This document shows positions 49,835 to 60,997 of a stretch of DNA of 64,000 nt, one piece after another. The number at the start of each line of letters is the position of its first letter. Position 1 is the stretch's first letter. The notes under the pieces are model-generated. The model made no database searches, was not told where the DNA came from, and was given only the letters and a program-made list of their open reading frames with translations. Location: contig CM097882.1 in assembly GCA_044892505.1 (NCBI GenBank), positions 312,418,001 to 312,482,000 of the forward strand, in the 5' to 3' direction. This DNA comes from Schmidtea nova (Eukaryota). The translations under genes and the position numbers were made by a program.

Positions 49835-50014
49835 AATTTTTCTCAATTCATTATTTGACTTTTATTATATTTGCAACTCTTTTTTTAATTCATAACGCAA
49901 TTTTGTTGTTGAATTCTCTACTTTGTACATAAATTTTATTCAAGTGAATTCAGTACATTTTGTCAAGGTAATTCGAAAATCAAACATGCACAACAATTGT
50001 TAGTTGAAACTGTC

Positions 50015-50087
50015 GGTTCGATGGTGTAGCGGTTATCACGTCTGCCTAACACGCAGAAGGTCCCCGGTTCGATCCCGGGTCGAACCA
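50015..50087 (+). tRNA. trnV: tRNA-Val(AAC)
   Basis: Identical unit. Confidence 0.97.
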
Positions 50088-50267
50088 AATTTTTCTCAAT
50101 TCATTATTTGACTTTTATTATATTTGCAACTCTTTTTTTAATTCATAACGCAATTTTGTTGTTGAATTCTCTACTTTGTACATAAATTTTATTCAAGTGA
50201 ATTCAGTACATTTTGTCAAGGTAATTCGAAAATCAAACATGCACAACAATTGTTAGTTGAAACTGTC

Positions 50268-50340
50268 GGTTCGATGGTGTAGCGGTTATCACGTCTGCCT
50301 AACACGCAGAAGGTCCCCGGTTCGATCCCGGGTCGAACCA
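50268..50340 (+). tRNA. trnV: tRNA-Val(AAC)
   Basis: Identical unit. Confidence 0.97.
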
Positions 50341-50520
50341 AATTTTTCTCAATTCATTATTTGACTTTTATTATATTTGCAACTCTTTTTTTAATTCATA
50401 ACGCAATTTTGTTGTTGAATTCTCTACTTTGTACATAAATTTTATTCAAGTGAATTCAGTACATTTTGTCAAGGTAATTCGAAAATCAAACATGCACAAC
50501 AATTGTTAGTTGAAACTGTC

Positions 50521-50593
50521 GGTTCGATGGTGTAGCGGTTATCACGTCTGCCTAACACGCAGAAGGTCCCCGGTTCGATCCCGGGTCGAACCA
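50521..50593 (+). tRNA. trnV: tRNA-Val(AAC)
   Basis: Identical unit. Confidence 0.97.
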
Positions 50594-50773
50594 AATTTTT
50601 CTCAATTCATTATTTGACTTTTATTATATTTGCAACTCTTTTTTTAATTCATAACGCAATTTTGTTGTTGAATTCTCTACTTTGTACATAAATTTTATTC
50701 AAGTGAATTCAGTACATTTTGTCAAGGTAATTCGAAAATCAAACATGCACAACAATTGTTAGTTGAAACTGTC

Positions 50774-50846
50774 GGTTCGATGGTGTAGCGGTTATCACGT
50801 CTGCCTAACACGCAGAAGGTCCCCGGTTCGATCCCGGGTCGAACCA
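50774..50846 (+). tRNA. trnV: tRNA-Val(AAC)
   Basis: Identical unit. Confidence 0.97.
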
Positions 50847-51026
50847 AATTTTTCTCAATTCATTATTTGACTTTTATTATATTTGCAACTCTTTTTTTAA
50901 TTCATAACGCAATTTTGTTGTTGAATTCTCTACTTTGTACATAAATTTTATTCAAGTGAATTCAGTACATTTTGTCAAGGTAATTCGAAAATCAAACATG
51001 CACAACAATTGTTAGTTGAAACTGTC

Positions 51027-51099
51027 GGTTCGATGGTGTAGCGGTTATCACGTCTGCCTAACACGCAGAAGGTCCCCGGTTCGATCCCGGGTCGAACCA
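51027..51099 (+). tRNA. trnV: tRNA-Val(AAC)
   Basis: Identical unit. Confidence 0.97.
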
Positions 51100-51279
51100 A
51101 ATTTTTCTCAATTCATTATTTGACTTTTATTATATTTGCAACTCTTTTTTTAATTCATAACGCAATTTTGTTGTTGAATTCTCTACTTTGTACATAAATT
51201 TTATTCAAGTGAATTCAGTACATTTTGTCAAGGTAATTCGAAAATCAAACATGCACAACAATTGTTAGTTGAAACTGTC

Positions 51280-51352
51280 GGTTCGATGGTGTAGCGGTTA
51301 TCACGTCTGCCTAACACGCAGAAGGTCCCCGGTTCGATCCCGGGTCGAACCA
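51280..51352 (+). tRNA. trnV: tRNA-Val(AAC)
   Basis: Identical unit. Confidence 0.97.
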
Positions 51353-51532
51353 AATTTTTCTCAATTCATTATTTGACTTTTATTATATTTGCAACTCTTT
51401 TTTTAATTCATAACGCAATTTTGTTGTTGAATTCTCTACTTTGTACATAAATTTTATTCAAGTGAATTCAGTACATTTTGTCAAGGTAATTCGAAAATCA
51501 AACATGCACAACAATTGTTAGTTGAAACTGTC

Positions 51533-51605
51533 GGTTCGATGGTGTAGCGGTTATCACGTCTGCCTAACACGCAGAAGGTCCCCGGTTCGATCCCGGGTCG
51601 AACCA
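51533..51605 (+). tRNA. trnV: tRNA-Val(AAC)
   Basis: Identical unit. Confidence 0.97.
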
Positions 51606-51785
51606 AATTTTTCTCAATTCATTATTTGACTTTTATTATATTTGCAACTCTTTTTTTAATTCATAACGCAATTTTGTTGTTGAATTCTCTACTTTGTACA
51701 TAAATTTTATTCAAGTGAATTCAGTACATTTTGTCAAGGTAATTCGAAAATCAAACATGCACAACAATTGTTAGTTGAAACTGTC

Positions 51786-51858
51786 GGTTCGATGGTGTAG
51801 CGGTTATCACGTCTGCCTAACACGCAGAAGGTCCCCGGTTCGATCCCGGGTCGAACCA
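51786..51858 (+). tRNA. trnV: tRNA-Val(AAC)
   Basis: Identical unit. Confidence 0.97.
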
Positions 51859-52038
51859 AATTTTTCTCAATTCATTATTTGACTTTTATTATATTTGCAA
51901 CTCTTTTTTTAATTCATAACGCAATTTTGTTGTTGAATTCTCTACTTTGTACATAAATTTTATTCAAGTGAATTCAGTACATTTTGTCAAGGTAATTCGA
52001 AAATCAAACATGCACAACAATTGTTAGTTGAAACTGTC

Positions 52039-52111
52039 GGTTCGATGGTGTAGCGGTTATCACGTCTGCCTAACACGCAGAAGGTCCCCGGTTCGATCCC
52101 GGGTCGAACCA
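52039..52111 (+). tRNA. trnV: tRNA-Val(AAC)
   Basis: Identical unit. Confidence 0.97.
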
Positions 52112-52291
52112 AATTTTTCTCAATTCATTATTTGACTTTTATTATATTTGCAACTCTTTTTTTAATTCATAACGCAATTTTGTTGTTGAATTCTCTACTT
52201 TGTACATAAATTTTATTCAAGTGAATTCAGTACATTTTGTCAAGGTAATTCGAAAATCAAACATGCACAACAATTGTTAGTTGAAACTGTC

Positions 52292-52364
52292 GGTTCGATG
52301 GTGTAGCGGTTATCACGTCTGCCTAACACGCAGAAGGTCCCCGGTTCGATCCCGGGTCGAACCA
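52292..52364 (+). tRNA. trnV: tRNA-Val(AAC)
   Basis: Identical unit. Confidence 0.97.
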
Positions 52365-52544
52365 AATTTTTCTCAATTCATTATTTGACTTTTATTATAT
52401 TTGCAACTCTTTTTTTAATTCATAACGCAATTTTGTTGTTGAATTCTCTACTTTGTACATAAATTTTATTCAAGTGAATTCAGTACATTTTGTCAAGGTA
52501 ATTCGAAAATCAAACATGCACAACAATTGTTAGTTGAAACTGTC

Positions 52545-52617
52545 GGTTCGATGGTGTAGCGGTTATCACGTCTGCCTAACACGCAGAAGGTCCCCGGTTC
52601 GATCCCGGGTCGAACCA
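52545..52617 (+). tRNA. trnV: tRNA-Val(AAC)
   Basis: Identical unit. Confidence 0.97.
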
Positions 52618-52797
52618 AATTTTTCTCAATTCATTATTTGACTTTTATTATATTTGCAACTCTTTTTTTAATTCATAACGCAATTTTGTTGTTGAATTCT
52701 CTACTTTGTACATAAATTTTATTCAAGTGAATTCAGTACATTTTGTCAAGGTAATTCGAAAATCAAACATGCACAACAATTGTTAGTTGAAACTGTC

Positions 52798-52870
52798 GGT
52801 TCGATGGTGTAGCGGTTATCACGTCTGCCTAACACGCAGAAGGTCCCCGGTTCGATCCCGGGTCGAACCA
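52798..52870 (+). tRNA. trnV: tRNA-Val(AAC)
   Basis: Identical unit. Confidence 0.97.
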
Positions 52871-53050
52871 AATTTTTCTCAATTCATTATTTGACTTTTA
52901 TTATATTTGCAACTCTTTTTTTAATTCATAACGCAATTTTGTTGTTGAATTCTCTACTTTGTACATAAATTTTATTCAAGTGAATTCAGTACATTTTGTC
53001 AAGGTAATTCGAAAATCAAACATGCACAACAATTGTTAGTTGAAACTGTC

Positions 53051-53123
53051 GGTTCGATGGTGTAGCGGTTATCACGTCTGCCTAACACGCAGAAGGTCCC
53101 CGGTTCGATCCCGGGTCGAACCA
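53051..53123 (+). tRNA. trnV: tRNA-Val(AAC)
   Basis: Identical unit. Confidence 0.97.
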
Positions 53124-53303
53124 AATTTTTCTCAATTCATTATTTGACTTTTATTATATTTGCAACTCTTTTTTTAATTCATAACGCAATTTTGTTGTTG
53201 AATTCTCTACTTTGTACATAAATTTTATTCAAGTGAATTCAGTACATTTTGTCAAGGTAATTCGAAAATCAAACATGCACAACAATTGTTAGTTGAAACT
53301 GTC

Positions 53304-53376
53304 GGTTCGATGGTGTAGCGGTTATCACGTCTGCCTAACACGCAGAAGGTCCCCGGTTCGATCCCGGGTCGAACCA
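53304..53376 (+). tRNA. trnV: tRNA-Val(AAC)
   Basis: Identical unit. Confidence 0.97.
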
Positions 53377-53505
53377 AATTTTTCTCAATTCATTATTTGA
53401 CTTTTATTATATTTGCAACTCTTTTTTTAATTCATAACGCAATTTTGTTGTTGAATTCTCTACTTTGTACATAAATTTTATTCAAGTGAATTCTTTCAAG
53501 GTTCG

Positions 53506-55464
53506 ATGACTCAATCACCTGCTGCTCAGTCAACTGCTGCTGATGTGATGACTCAGTCTATTGGAAATCAGTCAACTGTGACGAAGAAATATGAATTAGA
53601 AAACATTCTCAAGTATCAAATTTCGAGTTTGCAATGTTTTCAATCGATTTTGGATTATTTTTCGCAACTAAATGGTGGAAATCTCGCTACTGCCTCAGTT
53701 CTTTCTGATGCGAATGCAAGTCAACGGAGTTCTTTCGATCAAGGATCTAAAATTTCTCAAAACCAATCTGATAATATGCCACTTTCTTATGCTGATATTG
53801 AGACTAAATTCACTAAATCAAAGGATTTTTTTTTCTATAGAAATTGTAATCTTTGTGTATCTTTAAAATTGAACAACGCTCCTGTCATTTTATCAGCACC
53901 AAAACCTGTTGTTTTAAAAACTATTAAATTAATTGACCATAATATCGTCAAAATAAATTCTGAAATCCCTGACTTTGTTCGAGCTCCAATGTCAATTCGA
54001 AGATTTTTATTCAATCTTTCGCACGATCTTTCAAACACTGTTTCCATCAAGGATGAGAAACACAGGGGAAATAAAATAAATAACATTCTTACTTCAATGA
54101 AACATAAACAACAATTACCAGATTATTTAATAAAATCAAACATTAAATACGAAAATGGTGAGTTCTTATTATTAGATTTGACTAACGATAAAATCAAATT
54201 GAACGACGATAATAACTTGATAAAATCAAATTTTTCTGAACTTACTAGAAGTCAGATTAAAAATCTTTACTATTCTTATCCTTCTCTTAAGGAAGTTTGT
54301 TTCGTTGAAAATCTTGAAACAAGATCATCATCCGTTAGTAAAATTATCGAATCTTTAAAGTTAATTAATGAATTTCCAAAAAATATCATTTTTAAAGAGG
54401 GTAAATTTTATCAGTCTGATAAAAGAACAATCTCACCTAGTAGTTCTCCTGACATAATGTTCAACCTTGGTCTTTTTAATTTGGCTAGTATGAGTAGAAA
54501 AGATTGTGAATTAAAATCCATTTTAGAGAAGACTGGTTGTGACTTTAAAATAGTTGAAATAATATTCTACCTCAACTATTTAGGCTTGACTCAATCTTTA
54601 GAATTTTGCAAAAATCAAACTTATTCTGATTATGTGAGGAATTACGTCTGTAATTGCTGCTTGATAAACTCACTCTGTAGTATTGCTGATGTTGATTCGC
54701 TTTCATCTGAAGATTTTGAGGGTTGGGCGACCGAAATTGTTCAGAAAATCCCAGTTTCTTCCTATTACTTCAATAGCTGCCAGGAAAAGCTTTTAAAGCT
54801 GAAGCAATGGGACATTTCAACTAAAATCAAAAGAATCCATAACGTTATTTCACCTGAAATAATATCTTATTTAAATAACTTTCTTGACTCTGTAGACGTA
54901 AAATTTCCATCTAAGTCTCAACAACATAATATTCTAATTAAATTAATGAAAGCTATCAATGACATTAAAATTTTTGATGACATACACGGAAATAAAGCAA
55001 AAAGACTTGTTTACTTTTTGCTAAGAGATGCCAAGAAATATTTGAATAAAAATCAACGATTCAGATTATTTGAATCGAGCAATAAATATTGCACTTCAGA
55101 GATGGAGAATATAATTTCAGTAATAATTGAGAACCTTACCAAAGTTACTGACCATGAAGTTACTACTCCTGAAATCACAGTTGAAGAAACGCCAATTGAA
55201 ATAACTTGTGATCCTGAACCTATCGTCTTGATTAAGGAAATAAACTGTTTAAAATGTAACAATATCATCGAAAAATGCATTCTTGTTAGAGATGGAACAA
55301 ACGTCAACATCTGTGAAAGCTGTCTATTTGACGCAATTACCTTTGAAAAGCCGATTCCTGAAGCTACTAATTCGGATACCGAAGAAAATATGGAAACAAA
55401 TAGTAAGAAATCTTGTCCAAGACCTAGAAAAACAGACAAGAAAACATCAACCAAAGCGAAATGA
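53506..55464 (+). CDS. ORF1 of copy 7, internally deleted (652 aa)
   Basis: ...TKSKD joined to FFFYRNC...; 225 codons missing. Confidence 0.88.
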   Translation: MTQSPAAQSTAADVMTQSIGNQSTVTKKYELENILKYQISSLQCFQSILDYFSQLNGGNLATASVLSDANASQRSSFDQGSKISQNQSDNMPLSYADIETKFTKSKDFFFYRNCNLCVSLKLNNAPVILSAPKPVVLKTIKLIDHNIVKINSEIPDFVRAPMSIRRFLFNLSHDLSNTVSIKDEKHRGNKINNILTSMKHKQQLPDYLIKSNIKYENGEFLLLDLTNDKIKLNDDNNLIKSNFSELTRSQIKNLYYSYPSLKEVCFVENLETRSSSVSKIIESLKLINEFPKNIIFKEGKFYQSDKRTISPSSSPDIMFNLGLFNLASMSRKDCELKSILEKTGCDFKIVEIIFYLNYLGLTQSLEFCKNQTYSDYVRNYVCNCCLINSLCSIADVDSLSSEDFEGWATEIVQKIPVSSYYFNSCQEKLLKLKQWDISTKIKRIHNVISPEIISYLNNFLDSVDVKFPSKSQQHNILIKLMKAINDIKIFDDIHGNKAKRLVYFLLRDAKKYLNKNQRFRLFESSNKYCTSEMENIISVIIENLTKVTDHEVTTPEITVEETPIEITCDPEPIVLIKEINCLKCNNIIEKCILVRDGTNVNICESCLFDAITFEKPIPEATNSDTEENMETNSKKSCPRPRKTDKKTSTKAK

Positions 55465-55530
55465 AGATGTGTGCCTGCATCAGCTCAATCGTCTGCCATT
55501 CCCTCTAATGAGACTGATGCAGAGAGCACA
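55462..55530 (+). promoter_or_regulatory. Candidate UGA readthrough signal, copy 7
   Basis: Same stop + stem-loop. Confidence 0.65.
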
Positions 55531-58500
55531 ACTAAAAATAATATTTCAACTATCGACAATCGTGATCCTGAAGTGTGGTTTTCTGATAATGATATTGATT
55601 GGTATCTTGAAAACCACATTGATAATCCAATGCATGGATATATTAAATGCTTTATAGTAAATATCATCTGTTCTAACATCACAGAAGATATTGTTGAAAT
55701 TCCACCATCTATTAGCAATGCTGAAATTGTATTTTGTCCACTCAACATTAACAATTCGCACTGGATTCTTTTTGTTTATAGTAAGAAAATGTTATCTTCT
55801 TACTTTATTGACCCAATCCTTGCAAACAGACAAAAGCCAATCAATAAACAAATGGCTCAGAGAATTAACCTAAAACTGAATAGATTTTTTAATCTAAATA
55901 TATCTGTGTCCCGACATCCACACAAACATCTTGAATATCAAAATAACAGCTTTGATTGTGGCCCATTTACGTGTGCTTATGCTGTGATTATCAGTAAAGA
56001 TTTGAACAGCTTTCCAAATGGGTTCATAGAGAAAATTCGTACCAGTGTGCATGAAAATCAAAATCGTATGCAAATAACCGAATCCACCTTATTCGCTGGT
56101 ACTAACTCCAAGATGGACATGACCAAAATAAATATCAAGAAAGCCCTTGCAAAAAAGAAAGTCATCACCAACACCTCAGATATGACCAAAGTATTGAACA
56201 CTCAAAAACCGTGTGTGTCATCAATAATTAGTAAATATTACGAAAGTAATTCTAAAATAACAGTCTTATCTGCCGAACTAACTTTAAACCTAATTGCACA
56301 AAATACCTCCTTCATAGCTGATAATGTCACTTTCAAGCAGTTCAAAGGAATCGATCATGTTATAAGTATCATTCCTAAATTTAACGATTGGTGTCTCTTT
56401 GTCTATTCGAATAAACTTGACAGGAGCTACATGTTCGACTTCAATTATCGAAACATTGATGAAAGGCTAATTGAAATTGGTGAAAAGATAACTGAATATC
56501 TGAATCAATTCACTCTTGTTTCTAAAATAAAATTCACACCTCATCATAGAATTTCTCATCCAACATTTCATTCTTACGATGATCAATATTTTGCAAGTTC
56601 TTTTATTGTATTTTTTGAGAAACTTGTCTTTGAAAGAATACTGGACAATGATAAGGTTTATGACTCATTAAGTGCTCTAAAATATCAGTCTTGTAAAGAT
56701 CTTTCTCCTAGCCTAAGTTTCATTAATGGTAAAATATCCGACAAAATTATTGAGGAATATTTTGCTAGCCTAAACTTATCGACCAAATATATTCTTCTAA
56801 ACACAACAATGTGTACTGCGCTTTCAGATGATTGCACTGAATACTTGAAAGACTTTGTAAACATTGAGTGCATGATGAAGGCTACTATAATCTTTGTAAT
56901 CATTTCTCCTCCAAGAGCCAACGACTTGCTCATGGTTATTGATTACGACGCTGATGAGCACTATTTATTAAGCCCAGTCACTAATGACTTGTTCGTTATG
57001 ACTGAAGGATTCTGCTATAAATTACTAATTAAAATTAATGAGATTAGAGAGAGCACAGGACGTTCCTTGAAATCGCGTAATTGTCGACATGACGTTAAAG
57101 GTTCTGGCTTATTTAGTAGGTTATTAATCTGTGCCTTTATTAAATATTATGCATTTGACCGATCTCTAGAAAATATCAATCTTCATGAAATTGGCAAAAT
57201 TATCTACTCACTTGTGCCATTGGTTGATAAAAATGATAATGCTGAGGAAGAAAGACGACTAAAATCAAAAGCTGTAAACTCTTTAAAACTAAATTTAAAA
57301 CAGCGAATAGAAAAAGCCAATAATCTTATAATTTCACTTGAACACGCCAGTATTGATGAAATCATAAGTGGCATTCTTTCAAATATTCCTCGTCTTAAAG
57401 ATTTGAACACCGATCACATTCGTACACCATATTTAGGTACTAAAATAGAAAAAGCTAGAAAATTCAAAAATTCCACTGAGTTTCTGTCAAACATGAAAAA
57501 GACTGTGTATAGGATTTTGGGTAACAACACAGAATCAATTGCACCTCCTTATCAGGAAATTATTGACACTTTCAGTCATCCTGATACATTACCTAGAAAT
57601 TGGGAAAACATCTTAAAATTCACTAAGAGTTCTAAATATAGTCTTGAATTAAATCCAATGACACCTAAAGAAATCCTTTCAAGTCTTTGCAAAGCTGACA
57701 ACACTTCTCCAGGTCTTGATAATGTTTGTTATAAAGATCTTTTGTTATTAGACCCTGAATGTAAATTGCTAGCTTTTCTGTACAATAAAATCCTAAAATT
57801 AGACATTATTCCTACAAGTTGGAAATCATTTAAAACCATACTAATCCCCAAACCAGATAAAAATGGCCAATATCATAAAATATATTCTTGGCGACCAATT
57901 GCCTTATTATCTGTCATTTACAAAGTCTTCGCTTCAGTTTTGGCAAATCGTCTAAGCTTATGGATAAGAAATAATTCCATGTTACACATTGGCCAAAAGG
58001 GTGGTTCGGAGTACGAAGGATGTATTGAACACAACTCTATTCTTTCTGCTATCGTCGAACATTCAAAATACAGCAAGTCTTCACCTTTAACGATAGCTTG
58101 GCTAGACATCAAAGATGCCTTCGGAAGTGTTCCACATGACTACATGTGGACACTGTTAAAACACATAAATGTTAGTGATAGGTTTGTAGGAATTTTAAAA
58201 CTGCTCTATACTGATACAAGCTCGTTTTACTGTTGCAATAAAATGCAGACACCGGATATTCCAATAAAGAAAGGAGTTAAACAAGGTTGTCCGATCTCAA
58301 TGATATTGTTTGCAATAGCTATTAACCCAGTACTTGAGTCTATTAATCTATCAAACGTTAATCCTTTTACGATTGGAACATCTCCGGTACAGGTGTTGGC
58401 TTATGCGGATGATATCGCACTTATCGCGACAAATACCTCTGATCTGCAAATACTCATAAACGTTGCTGTAAACACCGCTAAAACAATTGGATTTGAATAT

Positions 58501-60081
58501 CGTCCAGAAAAGTGCGCTTATATGCAATACCCTAAAATAGAAACTGTAAGCGAGATTTCTGTCAACAATGTTCTTATAAAAAAGATTGCAACAAATGAAT
58601 TTTACCAATACTTGGGAGTACCAATAGGTGACAATAATGACCAAAGTCCCTATGAAATTCTAAGCAAAGTAATTGAAGACACAAAGAAAATAGCAAATTC
58701 TGATCTTTACGGCTGGCAAAAACTTAAAGCGTATAAGGTCTTTCTGCATTCTCGCTTGATTTTTCCATTTAGAACTAGGGAAATCAAAACAAGTTCTTTA
58801 GCTGATTCGAGTAAAAATTCAAAATTAAATGTAAATAATACGAGTATTTTGAGGAGTCATCTTAGAAAAATATTGCACTTGCCACACTACTCTGAGATTA
58901 GCTATTTTTATAATTCTACTGAAAACGGCGGTGCAGGCTGCATAGACTTACTTGACGAGTATCATACACAGACAATCGTGTACTTTTTCCGCTTGTTAAC
59001 ATCAACGTGCGAATATTCGAAAAAGATAAATACTGACTCGCTTTTATTTGTCACAAGTCCGAGACTCGGAATCAAAAATCCAGTTCTTAAACAAAGTTTA
59101 GAATGGATAAATGGAAAAGAGAGCAAGAAAAACAACAGTGGTTGCAAAACTCGATTTTATCGGTTGCGATCATCCATTGCTTACTTTTCTAAAGTTCACA
59201 ACATTAAATTGTTATTTGAAACAGTGAAAGGGAATCCTTCTATCCGGATAACCACTACACTTAAGGGAACACGTATATTATTACCAACATTAAGAAAAGC
59301 CTTGTCAATGATTTTACATTCAGCTCTCCAGGATTCGTATCTCGAGAAATGGGAGAATAGCAATCATAATAATCTGCTTGTATCTGCGATAAAACTCTGT
59401 CCACTTGTCAACAGGCTTATTTTCCGCAGTGATTTGACAGAATTTGAATGGAGATTCGTCCATCGAGCAAGAACGAATACATTATCAATATTTGCGAAGC
59501 CATATAAAACTGGCGAAAATCGTCTTTGTCGTAGATGTAAGCTTGAAGACGAGACTTTATCACACGTTCTTCAAACTTGTAAAATGAACAAATCTTTGGC
59601 AACTAGTCGACATAACGCTTGCTTAGAAAAAATAAAAAGCGAGTTGAAAGATCCAAACTTGTTAGTTGTTGCGGATCATAAATGTTCCCTAGTACCGACA
59701 TCAACTGAACGCGTTGATTTAATAATAACCAATAATGATAAAAAGACCATATTATTGGTAGACATGAAATGCCCAATCGATTCGGTGCCCAACTTTGACT
59801 TGGCTGATAAAAAAAACATAGAAAAGTATGATAAACTAAAATCAGAAATTAAAATAGCCAAACCCGATTATAAAGTTGAGTTGTTTACCTGCATCATAGG
59901 CTCATTAGGATCCATTGAAATTAAAACACCTGATCTTTTAGTAAAAATGGGAGTAAAAGAAAATAAAGTAAAACGTCTGATGAAAGAGTGTGCAATTAGC
60001 AATATTGCGCACTCGGCCAAAATTTGGTACTTTCATACCAATGGCTTTCTTCCAGATAATATAAGACAAACTTGTAAATAA
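55471..60081 (+). CDS. ORF2 protease-RT-CCHC-RLE, copy 7
   Basis: Same motifs. Confidence 0.95.
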   Translation: MPASAQSSAIPSNETDAESTTKNNISTIDNRDPEVWFSDNDIDWYLENHIDNPMHGYIKCFIVNIICSNITEDIVEIPPSISNAEIVFCPLNINNSHWILFVYSKKMLSSYFIDPILANRQKPINKQMAQRINLKLNRFFNLNISVSRHPHKHLEYQNNSFDCGPFTCAYAVIISKDLNSFPNGFIEKIRTSVHENQNRMQITESTLFAGTNSKMDMTKINIKKALAKKKVITNTSDMTKVLNTQKPCVSSIISKYYESNSKITVLSAELTLNLIAQNTSFIADNVTFKQFKGIDHVISIIPKFNDWCLFVYSNKLDRSYMFDFNYRNIDERLIEIGEKITEYLNQFTLVSKIKFTPHHRISHPTFHSYDDQYFASSFIVFFEKLVFERILDNDKVYDSLSALKYQSCKDLSPSLSFINGKISDKIIEEYFASLNLSTKYILLNTTMCTALSDDCTEYLKDFVNIECMMKATIIFVIISPPRANDLLMVIDYDADEHYLLSPVTNDLFVMTEGFCYKLLIKINEIRESTGRSLKSRNCRHDVKGSGLFSRLLICAFIKYYAFDRSLENINLHEIGKIIYSLVPLVDKNDNAEEERRLKSKAVNSLKLNLKQRIEKANNLIISLEHASIDEIISGILSNIPRLKDLNTDHIRTPYLGTKIEKARKFKNSTEFLSNMKKTVYRILGNNTESIAPPYQEIIDTFSHPDTLPRNWENILKFTKSSKYSLELNPMTPKEILSSLCKADNTSPGLDNVCYKDLLLLDPECKLLAFLYNKILKLDIIPTSWKSFKTILIPKPDKNGQYHKIYSWRPIALLSVIYKVFASVLANRLSLWIRNNSMLHIGQKGGSEYEGCIEHNSILSAIVEHSKYSKSSPLTIAWLDIKDAFGSVPHDYMWTLLKHINVSDRFVGILKLLYTDTSSFYCCNKMQTPDIPIKKGVKQGCPISMILFAIAINPVLESINLSNVNPFTIGTSPVQVLAYADDIALIATNTSDLQILINVAVNTAKTIGFEYRPEKCAYMQYPKIETVSEISVNNVLIKKIATNEFYQYLGVPIGDNNDQSPYEILSKVIEDTKKIANSDLYGWQKLKAYKVFLHSRLIFPFRTREIKTSSLADSSKNSKLNVNNTSILRSHLRKILHLPHYSEISYFYNSTENGGAGCIDLLDEYHTQTIVYFFRLLTSTCEYSKKINTDSLLFVTSPRLGIKNPVLKQSLEWINGKESKKNNSGCKTRFYRLRSSIAYFSKVHNIKLLFETVKGNPSIRITTTLKGTRILLPTLRKALSMILHSALQDSYLEKWENSNHNNLLVSAIKLCPLVNRLIFRSDLTEFEWRFVHRARTNTLSIFAKPYKTGENRLCRRCKLEDETLSHVLQTCKMNKSLATSRHNACLEKIKSELKDPNLLVVADHKCSLVPTSTERVDLIITNNDKKTILLVDMKCPIDSVPNFDLADKKNIEKYDKLKSEIKIAKPDYKVELFTCIIGSLGSIEIKTPDLLVKMGVKENKVKRLMKECAISNIAHSAKIWYFHTNGFLPDNIRQTCK

Positions 60082-60436
60082 ATAATTATATATATATATA
60101 AATATTTGCTTTTTAAACTCTGTAAATAAAATTTAAAGTAAATATTTTGTAAAGTAATTTTTGTATTAAATATCAAATCTTTTTAATCTGATAAATTGTC
60201 TTTGAGAGTTATTAAATTGGGAGACCAAGTATTCTGCAACGTATGTCACTTATTCTAGACTTATCAACTTCAAAATAATACAGTCGCAAAGCTGGATGAC
60301 GAAATCCAAAGAACCAGAAACTTCCATTCAGATTGAACAATTATATTTTGACTGTGATTGTTTAGGCACTAATCCATGTTGATTAGATAATCTGTAAAAA
60401 AAATATGTCAAACTTGTTATATTTAATAAATGTTTA

Positions 60437-60491
60437 TTATCACGTCTGCCTAACACGCAGAAGGTCCCCGGTTCGATCCCGGGTCGAACCA
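60437..60491 (+). pseudogene. 5'-truncated tRNA-Val, nt 19-73
   Basis: Same junction. Confidence 0.95.
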
Positions 60492-60671
60492 AATTTTTCT
60501 CAATTCATTATTTGACTTTTATTATATTTGCAACTCTTTTTTTAATTCATAACGCAATTTTGTTGTTGAATTCTCTACTTTGTACATAAATTTTATTCAA
60601 GTGAATTCAGTACATTTTGTCAAGGTAATTCGAAAATCAAACATGCACAACAATTGTTAGTTGAAACTGTC

Positions 60672-60744
60672 GGTTCGATGGTGTAGCGGTTATCACGTCT
60701 GCCTAACACGCAGAAGGTCCCCGGTTCGATCCCGGGTCGAACCA
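60672..60744 (+). tRNA. trnV: tRNA-Val(AAC)
   Basis: Identical unit. Confidence 0.97.
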
Positions 60745-60924
60745 AATTTTTCTCAATTCATTATTTGACTTTTATTATATTTGCAACTCTTTTTTTAATT
60801 CATAACGCAATTTTGTTGTTGAATTCTCTACTTTGTACATAAATTTTATTCAAGTGAATTCAGTACATTTTGTCAAGGTAATTCGAAAATCAAACATGCA
60901 CAACAATTGTTAGTTGAAACTGTC

Positions 60925-60997
60925 GGTTCGATGGTGTAGCGGTTATCACGTCTGCCTAACACGCAGAAGGTCCCCGGTTCGATCCCGGGTCGAACCA
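60925..60997 (+). tRNA. trnV: tRNA-Val(AAC)
   Basis: Identical unit. Confidence 0.97.

Larger units (their letters stand above)
48515..53493 (+). repeat. tRNA-Val array block 6 (1 truncated + 19 intact), ~5 kb uninterrupted
   Basis: tRNA starts at 48497+253k for k=1..19. Confidence 0.98.
53494..60436 (+). mobile_element. Non-LTR retrotransposon copy 7 (6943 bp), type-B 5' junction, 675-bp in-frame deletion in ORF1
   Basis: Collinear with other copies apart from the deletion at 53828/53829. Confidence 0.96.

Noticed and set aside
48515-53493. CRISPR-like regular repeats
   Set aside because: The whole 253-bp unit is repeated, the spacers are identical, the conserved part folds as a tRNA, and there are no cas genes.
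53821-53840. 675-bp loss in copy 7 as a spliced intron
   Set aside because: The missing segment starts ACTG and ends ATTA, not GT-AG on either strand.
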